DNA of 64,000 bases from Callorhinchus milii (taxonomy: Eukaryota): positions 17,794,001 to 17,858,000 of the forward strand of contig NW_024704755.1 in assembly GCF_018977255.1 (NCBI RefSeq), read 5' to 3'. The translations under genes were made by a program, and so were the position numbers. The notes beneath the pieces were generated by a model. It ran no database searches, was not told the DNA's origin, and worked only from the letters and a program-made list of their open reading frames with translations. Shown here piece after piece: positions 56,725 through 64,000 of the stretch. Positions within the stretch are counted from its first letter, which is position 1. The number at the start of each line of letters is the position of its first letter.

Positions 56725-58244
56725 ACTTGTTAATATGATTGTTAATATGACTAGCACAGATAAATTAAAGTGGATTTAATAGGAAATTCAATGCGACTTC
56801 GTGGATGTATAAGTTAGGCCATTATATGATTTATCCGGATCAGACTCCTGCGAGTTTTACTACTGTATTATTAATTAACAAACTGCATTGATGTACAAGT
56901 AATAAACCAATTCTGCAATGCTACAGTGTATATGTTTGGATAAGGTTTTGAAACTTATTTTTGGTCAACAGAATGTGTTCTTGAATCCACAACCTTCTGC
57001 CTCAGAGGTGATACAACATCCGCCTGGCTGTCTCCTCCCTTGGCTACCCTCCATGCATCCTTCATCAACCTCTCCTCCAACGCGGCTACTAGCACGGCCC
57101 CCACCCTATGTTCCTTTACCCCCGTGCTGCCTCGATTTCCTCCCCACCCATCTTCTGTTGACTTAACTCCCCCTCCTCTGCCCACTGTTGAAACAAACAA
57201 CCAGTCCCTCTCCTCAGGCTCTGTCCCACTCCCCATCAAAACTGCTGTCATCAGTCCTCTCCTAAAAGAACCTACCCTTGATGCCTCCAACTTCACAAAC
57301 TTCAGACCTATCTCACCTGCCCTTCCTGGCCAAAGTTTTGAAATGCATGGTTGCAAATCAACTTCTTTCACACCTTGCCCTCCACTGCCTACTTGAACCC
57401 TTCCAGTCGCCCTGCTCACAGCACAGAGACAGCGCTCATCAAATAACAAATTACTTCCACTCTCTCTGCGACCAGGGCTCCATCTGCTTCCTTGTTCTCT
57501 TGGACCTTCTCCACCATGTCACGCCATCCTCCTCCACTGCCTCTACTCCCTGATTCACCTTAGTGGGACCGCACTTGCATGGTTCGAGTCCTATTTAACA
57601 AACCACCAACAATACATCTTGGCAAATGGTGTTTCCTCCCGCCCCCGCCCAATCACCTGTAGGGTAGCCCAAGGCGCCATCTTTGGCCACCTTGGTTTCC
57701 TCATCTACATGCTCACTCTCAGTGATGTCATCTGCAGACATAGAATCATAGAATCGTACAGCACAAAAAGAGGCCATTCGGCCCATCAAGTCTGTGCGGC
57801 TCTTTGAATAGAGCAATGTAATGTCAATCCCACTCCCCGGCCCTTTCCCCATAACCTGCAAACCCGTCCTCCTCAAATACCCGTCCACCGCGTTTTTAAA
57901 AGTAGTTATCGAATCGGCCTCGACCGCCCTTTCAGACAATGCGTTCCAGATTCCAACAACTCGCTGCGTGAAAAAATTTCTTCTCCCCTCCCCTCGGCTT
58001 CTTTTAGAGACTATTTGGAATCTGTGACCTCGAGTCACCGACGCACCCACCAGTGGGAACAGTTTTTCCCTTTCTAACCTATCAAATCCTCTCATGATTT
58101 TGAAGAGCTCTATTAGGTCCTCGTCACCTTCTCTGCTCCAATGAGAATAATCCTAACCTCTCCAGCCTTTCCTCATCATCACGGCCCCTCATTCCTGGTA
58201 CCATCCTCGTAAATCCCCTCTGTACCCTTTTCAATGCCTTAACA

Positions 58245-59136
58245 GTGGTCCTTATACCGATCCCTGGGGAATGCCACTGTACACTTCTCTCCAGTCAGAA
58301 AAGCAGCCGTTCACCACAACTCTCTGCTTTCTGGCCTGGAGTTCCCAGGTTTGTCCTTCTGCCCCGTTTTGTACAAGGAGTCACATTGGCCACTCTCCAG
58401 TCCTCGAGCACCACTCCTGTGTCCAACGAAGATTGAAAAATTGTGGCCAAAGCCTCTGCTATTTGTACCCGTCCCTCCCCTGGTAACCTTGGCTGCATCC
58501 CGTCCGGACCGGGCGACTTATCACCTTCAGCCCAGTCAACCTTTTCAGTACTTCCTCTCTGTTTATACTTATCCTATCCATTTCCTCTGCCCTCTCCTCC
58601 GATACTGCGGCATTTGGTGCATCCACTTCTTTTGTGAAGACAGATGCAAAGTCCTCATTCAGCACATCAGCCATGGCCTCTGCCTCCACAATAAGATTGC
58701 CCCCTTGGTCCTTAATCAGCCCCACCCTACCTTTGACTAACCTTTTTTTCTTGATATGTTTGTAAAATATTTTAGAATTCCCTTTAATGTTACCCGCTAA
58801 CCTTTTTTCATATAATCTTTTAACGCCTCTTATTTCCTTTTTCAAACCTGTTCTGCACTTCCTATATTCTATTTGGTTGTCTTCTGTATCTTGGGTTTGA
58901 CATTTGTCATACGCCTCCTTTTTCTGCTTCATTCTAGATACAATTACCTTCGTCATCCGGGGAGGTTTGGAAGCCATACTTTTCCCTTTTGTGGGAATGT
59001 ATTTATTCTGTCCCCGAGCTCTCTCATCCTTGAAGACTTCTTACTGCTCTTTAGTTTACCTGCCAATCTTTCTTTCCAGTCCACCTTGACTAGGCCCATT
59101 TTAACTCACTGAAATTAGCCCTCTTCCAGTTGAGTA
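58245..59136 (-). mobile_element. CR1 ORF2 pieces homologous to ~15440-16250 and ~16720-16800
   Basis: Near-identical translations (KQKKEAYDKCQTQDTEDNQIEY) with substitutions and deletions. Confidence 0.85.
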
Positions 59137-61150
59137 TCAACAACAACAACAACATTTCATTTATAGAGCACCTTTCACGTCGGGAGGACGTCCCAAAGCG
59201 TTGAACAGGGGGGAAATGGTCAGGGTGAGGGGAGGAAAGGGAGGGAGCGAGGAGGGGGGAAATTGTCAGGGTGAGGGGAGGGAAGGGAGGGGGCGAGGAG
59301 GGGGTGGAGAGTTGAGAGGGGAGCTGAAGGCACGGTCAAAGAGAAAGGTCTTGAGACCGGCCTTGAAGGAGGAAAGGGAGGAGGTGGCGAAAGCACTGGG
59401 GGATGGAGTTCCAGAGCCTCGGGGCTGAGAGGCTGAAGGCCACCGATGGTAGGGCCGTTGGGGCGGGGGATGTGGATCAGACCAGAGCCAGAGGAACGAA
59501 GGGTTCGGGCAGGTAAGTAGGGGGATAGTAGGTTGGAGAGGTAGGAGGGAGCGAGGCCGTGAATGGCCTTGTAGGTGAGGATGAGGATCTTGAATTCGAT
59601 CCTCTGGGGGATGGGGAGCCAGTGGAGTCGAGCGAGGGTGGGAGTGATGTGGTCGTGAAGCCTGGTGCGGGACAGTACACGAGCTGCAGAGTTCTGAGTG
59701 ACCTACAGCTTGTGGAGGGAGATGCCGGGAAGGCCGGCGAGGAGAGAATTCCTTTAGTCCAGCCTCGAGGTGATAAAGACGTGGACCAGAGTTTCAGCAG
59801 AGTGTGGGCTGAGGTAGTGCTGTAGTCTGGCGATGTTCCGGAGGTGATGGAAGGTGGTGCCAGTTGTGGCGCGGATGTGAGGAAGAAAGGACAGCTCAGG
59901 GTCGAACGTGGCAGACAGTCGAATGGGCAGACACATGGCAAGTGGGAGAGGTACGACCTAAACCACCCAAGGACAGGGCCTTGAAGGTTGAGGTGGGAGG
60001 ACAAGCGGTGGAGGAGGATAGCGTGGTCGACCATATCAAATGCTGCCGATAGGTCGAGGAGAACGAGGAGGCAGAGGGATCCCTGGTCCCTTATGGTCAG
60101 GATGTCATTGGTGACCTTGACGAGGGCGGTTTCTGTGCTATGGGCAGCACGGAAACCCGACTGAATAATAATAATAATAATCCTCGCATTTGATATAGCG
60201 CTTTTCATGTCGGGAGGACATCCCAAAGCGCTTCACAGAACACACTGTAAAGTGAATTGACTGTATATTTGTGGGCGAACGCGGCAGCCAATTGCGCACA
60301 ACAATGTCCCACAAACAGTCGTAGATTGAAAATGACCAATTTATTATTGTTTTTGGTTTTGGAGGGATTATTATTAGGCTCTGTGTGGAGTAAGGAAACT
60401 TGCCCAAGGTTTCGCCCTCTGCCTGGAATTGAACTCAGGTCTCTCACTTGCAAAGCGAGTGCTCTAACCACTGAGCTACAGGACTCCACGAAGGGGTTCG
60501 AATAATGAATGAGTGGAGAGGAAAGAGTGCAGCTGGGAGGCGACAACTCTTTCAAGGACCTTGGACAGGAAGGGGAGGTTGGAGATGGGCCGGAGATTGA
60601 TAGCTGCGACGCATCAAGGGAGTGATGGTGGCAGTTTTGAGGGGAATGGGAACAGAGCCAGAGGAGAGGGACAGGTTGATGATGTCTGTGATATGTGGGG
60701 CAAGGAGGTGGAGCTGGGAGATAAGGAGTGGAGTGGGGCTGGCGTCCAGGGAGCAGGTGGTGGGCTTCAGGGACAGGATGATTTGGTGACAGAGGGTGGG
60801 GAAATGGGTACAAAGGTGTGCAGGGGAGGATGGGTAGGAGTCGGAGTGTGGGAGGGAGGGGGTGGGGGGTGGGTGGAAGTTGGAGGGGCAGTGACCGCGG
60901 AGCGGATTCCCTTGATTTGGGATTCAAGGAAATCCAGCATCTCCTCGCAGTGAAGGTTGGAGGAGATGACCTGCGCGGGGTGGCGGGGGGGACGGAGGAG
61001 TCGGGACGTGGTAGAAAACAGAAGCCTGGGGTTGTTCTTCGCCTCCAGGATTATCCTGGAGTAGAAGGACGACTTGGCCGAGGCTAGAGTGGAGCGGTAG
61101 GTTTTGAGGAGGTCCAGCCAGATTTGTCGGTGGACCGTTAGGCCAGATTT
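59137..61150 (-). mobile_element. Young L2 copy with deletions and a SINE insertion
   Basis: (aac)n tail at ~59137-59155; reverse homology to 12178-14280 and 43270-45280. Confidence 0.88.
60163..60488 (-). mobile_element. Full-length young SINE inside L2
   Basis: Splits the L2 sequence ccgactgaa|ggggttcgaa. Confidence 0.9.
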
Positions 61151-61164
61151 GAGGCAGGTGAGTA

Positions 61165-61437
61165 CACTTGATTTGGATACACTCGCTGCAGATGAAGTTG
61201 CCCGGGCTCAGGGCCCTCATTAACTCCCACATGTCACAGTCCTTGCATTTCACTTGCCATCATCTTCTCACACAGTGTTTTCAATATATATATTTTTTCT
61301 TTTTGTTTTTTTGTTTTAATTTGCCGTCAGTGTTGTAGTTTCTGACAGTTCCTTGTTTGTCGATGTTTGTCCCTGGTTCTGCTGTTGAAAAACTTTTTCT
61401 TTTTTTTGTCGCTCTGACAGTAGCTTACCTCAGCCTC
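61165..61437 (-). mobile_element. CR1 5' end / start of ORF1, homologous to 11345-11590
   Basis: MKCKDCDMWELMRALSPGNFICSEC; the reverse complement matches 11345-11590. Confidence 0.8.
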
Positions 61438-61489
61438 CGCTCTGTCCTGATTCCTTTCCCCGCCTTGGGACATCCTCCCGACATGAAAG

Positions 61490-62990
61490 GAGCTTTACAT
61501 AGGGACAACTTTCACATATATGCAGATGACACCCAAATCTACCTCTACTCCTCCAGCTGTGACTCCCAGTCTGCTGATGTCATGTCAGCTTGTTTGACAG
61601 ACATCAAGACTTGGATGAGCACAAATTTCCTGCAGTTGAATATTAGTAAGACGGAAGCCATATTCTTCTCTCCTGTGGATGTGAACTCCTTAGCCTCCCG
61701 GGGACTCTCCCTCAGACTCACCCAACCTGTGCACAATTTAGGCGTCAGGTTCAGTTTCCAGCTTTCTTTTCTACTCCACATCTGGTCCCTGATCAGGGCC
61801 ACATTTTTCCACTTTTGTAACATTGCCTGCCTTTATCCGTACCACACAACTAATGCAGTCAAAATCCTCATCCACGCGTTCATCACTTCATTGGACTATT
61901 CCAGGCCCTCATCATTGGTCTCCCCAGCTCCACCATACACAAAATCCAATTAATCCCAAATTCCATTGACAAGATACTCACCCGCACAAAACTCCATACC
62001 CCCATCACGCTAGTCCTTGCCAAGCTCCACTGGCTCCCTATTACTGAATGGATTGATTTCAAGATCCTCTCACTGATTTTCAAATCCCTTCATTGCCCTT
62101 GTAACTCCCATCTATCCAATTCGCTTACCCTCTACTCCACCACCTGCTGCCTCCATTCGGCTAATTCCAGCCTCCTGTTTGTCCCTCATCCCCTTTGCTC
62201 CACCGTCAGTGGCCATGCCTTCAGCCGCTAGGCCCTGAAACTCTGGAACTCTCTACCTCAATCCCTCCACCTTGCTCCCCTTTCACTTTCAAATCCCGCC
62301 AAAAGACCTTCCTTTTTGATTGTGCTTATGGTCACTCCCTTTCCCCCTGGTTCCATGTCAGACTCCTCCCCTGTCAAGCGCTACCAACTGAACCAGGTAC
62401 AACATAGGCTGAGTTTCTGGGTGTGTCAGACTCTGGGTGACCAATTATATGTCACTTACATAATAACACGTTGAACCAGGGATTCTCATGTGAAACTTTA
62501 ATATATATTAAATGACCCCATCTCCCCCATTCTCGCCCGACTCCATTGGCTCCATTGCCTCTTCAGAGGATCCAGTTAAAGATCCTAGTCCTCACCTACA
62601 AAGTCCTCCATGGCCTCGCCCCACCCTATCTCTGTCACCTCCTAGGCCACTACCAACCCGCCTGCTCCCTCCGCTCAGCCGTCTCTGGCCTGCTCCACGT
62701 CCCACGACCCACTCGCCCCATCACTGGCGTGAGAGCCTTCAGCCACTCTGCCCCCAACCTCTGGAATTCCATCCCTCAATCACTCCGCCACGACCCCTCC
62801 TTAGCCTCCTCCAAGTCCCGCCTCAAAACCCTCCTCTTCAACCATGCCATTGGCCATGCCCCTTCCCCCCCCTCCCTTCTCCCTCCTTGACCCCAGCTCG
62901 GGTCTGAAATGCTGTACACTATCCAGCGCCTTGGGACGTCCTCCCGACATGAAAGACGCTATACAAATGTAATCTTGTTGTTGTTATGTT
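61490..62990 (+). mobile_element. Old L2 3' fragments (two)
   Basis: FHIYADDTQIY...NFLQLNISKTE; LHGLAPPYL...LWNSIP; L2 tail at ~62925-62985. Confidence 0.75.
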
Positions 62991-63888
62991 TTCCTAGATT
63001 GATAGGTAATTTCAAATAGGATTCCGGACTAGCTCCAGGTGACTACTTTGGCATTTGTCACAGCAACAGTAGGCCATGGGACAATGTTTCAACAGGTGAA
63101 AATGTTACCAATTTGATGGCACCGGTATTGTTGCGAACCATAAAAAATTAATTAGCTGTATTATCATGTTACTGTGAAAAAAATGCACCGGACCCTCCAT
63201 CTTGAACACTGGGCCAACTGGTGGGACATGTTGGTGGGTGACACCTTTCACTTACCTCTTCATCCTCCACTTATCGTCTCCACAATACCCCTTCAACTTC
63301 CTCTGCCCCAACCCTGCAAAAACATATTTTTTTCTTCCTCATTTGTCATTAAGTTCATCTCTCAAATGAAGCCAACCATCTCCTCCCTTGAACTTCTACC
63401 ACCTCTTTTGGGCCATACCAACCGATATCCTCAACCTCTTTTCCTCCTCAATTTTTCTCCTCCCTAAAACAAATCCACTTTTCACCTACTCAAACTATCG
63501 TTCTATTTCTAACTTATTCTCTCTTTAGATACTGTAGCGTTTTGTCAACCGTGTAACTAGGCTTTCACCTCTCCCTTTGACACCCTAAATCCTCTAAAAT
63601 ACCCACAGCATGTAGACACCCCTGATCATTAATTGGCAAGTCAGCGATCGGCGGGGGCCTCGGGAAACCTAAACCAAGGGGGAGACGCGAGCAGCGAGGC
63701 TTGAAGGTTTTGGTTGCCGAAAGCCGGGCGAGGTTGGCCGTGGGAGGGCACTGTCAGGGGGAGAAATTTCAAACCCCCGCCTGTATAACGAATGCGAGGA
63801 ACCGCCGAGGCCACGGGTGAGCGAACGAGCGGTGGTGAAGGTTCGGCTGCTCCAGTCGCGGAGATGCCATTTCCTGTAGCTCCATTTT

Positions 63889-64000
63889 GTGGAGTCCTGT
63901 AGCTCAGTGGTTAGAGCATTCGCCTCGCAAGCAACAGACCTGGGTTTGATTCCCAAACCCTTGGGCAAGTTTCCTTACTTCACACCCTGATAATAATCAC
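63889..64000 (+). mobile_element. SINE 5' part, runs off the window
   Basis: gtggagtcctgtagctcagtggttagagc head. Confidence 0.8.

Larger units (their letters stand above)
48486..58244 (-). repeat. Right arm of the inverted duplication
   Basis: Reverse complement of 17271-27028. Confidence 0.97.

Noticed and set aside
17271-58244. Inverted repeat as a pure read-chimera or fold-back artefact
   Set aside because: A 21 kb unique spacer carries separate, phase-compatible exon sets for each arm, and diverged homology continues past both ends. Partial collapse is still not excluded.

Overview
Vertebrate genomic DNA, most likely from a cartilaginous fish (inferred from the repeat families present). 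It is dense in CR1 and L2 LINEs, tRNA-derived Deu-domain SINEs and minisatellites. The core of the window is a convergent (tail-to-tail) pair of spliced Ig-superfamily receptor genes with the layout leader / germline-joined VJ domain / C1 domain / TM / tyrosine-motif tail. Gene A (+, 22726-36597) has two ITIM+ITSM pairs in a SIRPalpha-like arrangement. Gene B (-, 52789-39031) has a different TM, a YxxM micro-exon and one ITIM, and the ITSM position is cut off by stop codons. The upstream region, leader, V and C1 exons of both genes lie in a nearly identical ~9.75 kb inverted repeat (17271-27028 vs 48486-58244). Identity stops at the end of the C1 exon, so the pair shares an ectodomain but differs in signalling tail. 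One of the few differences between the arms destroys the V-exon splice acceptor of gene B. Exon models were built by hand from splice signals and phase; there is no transcript evidence, and identity estimates are by eye.
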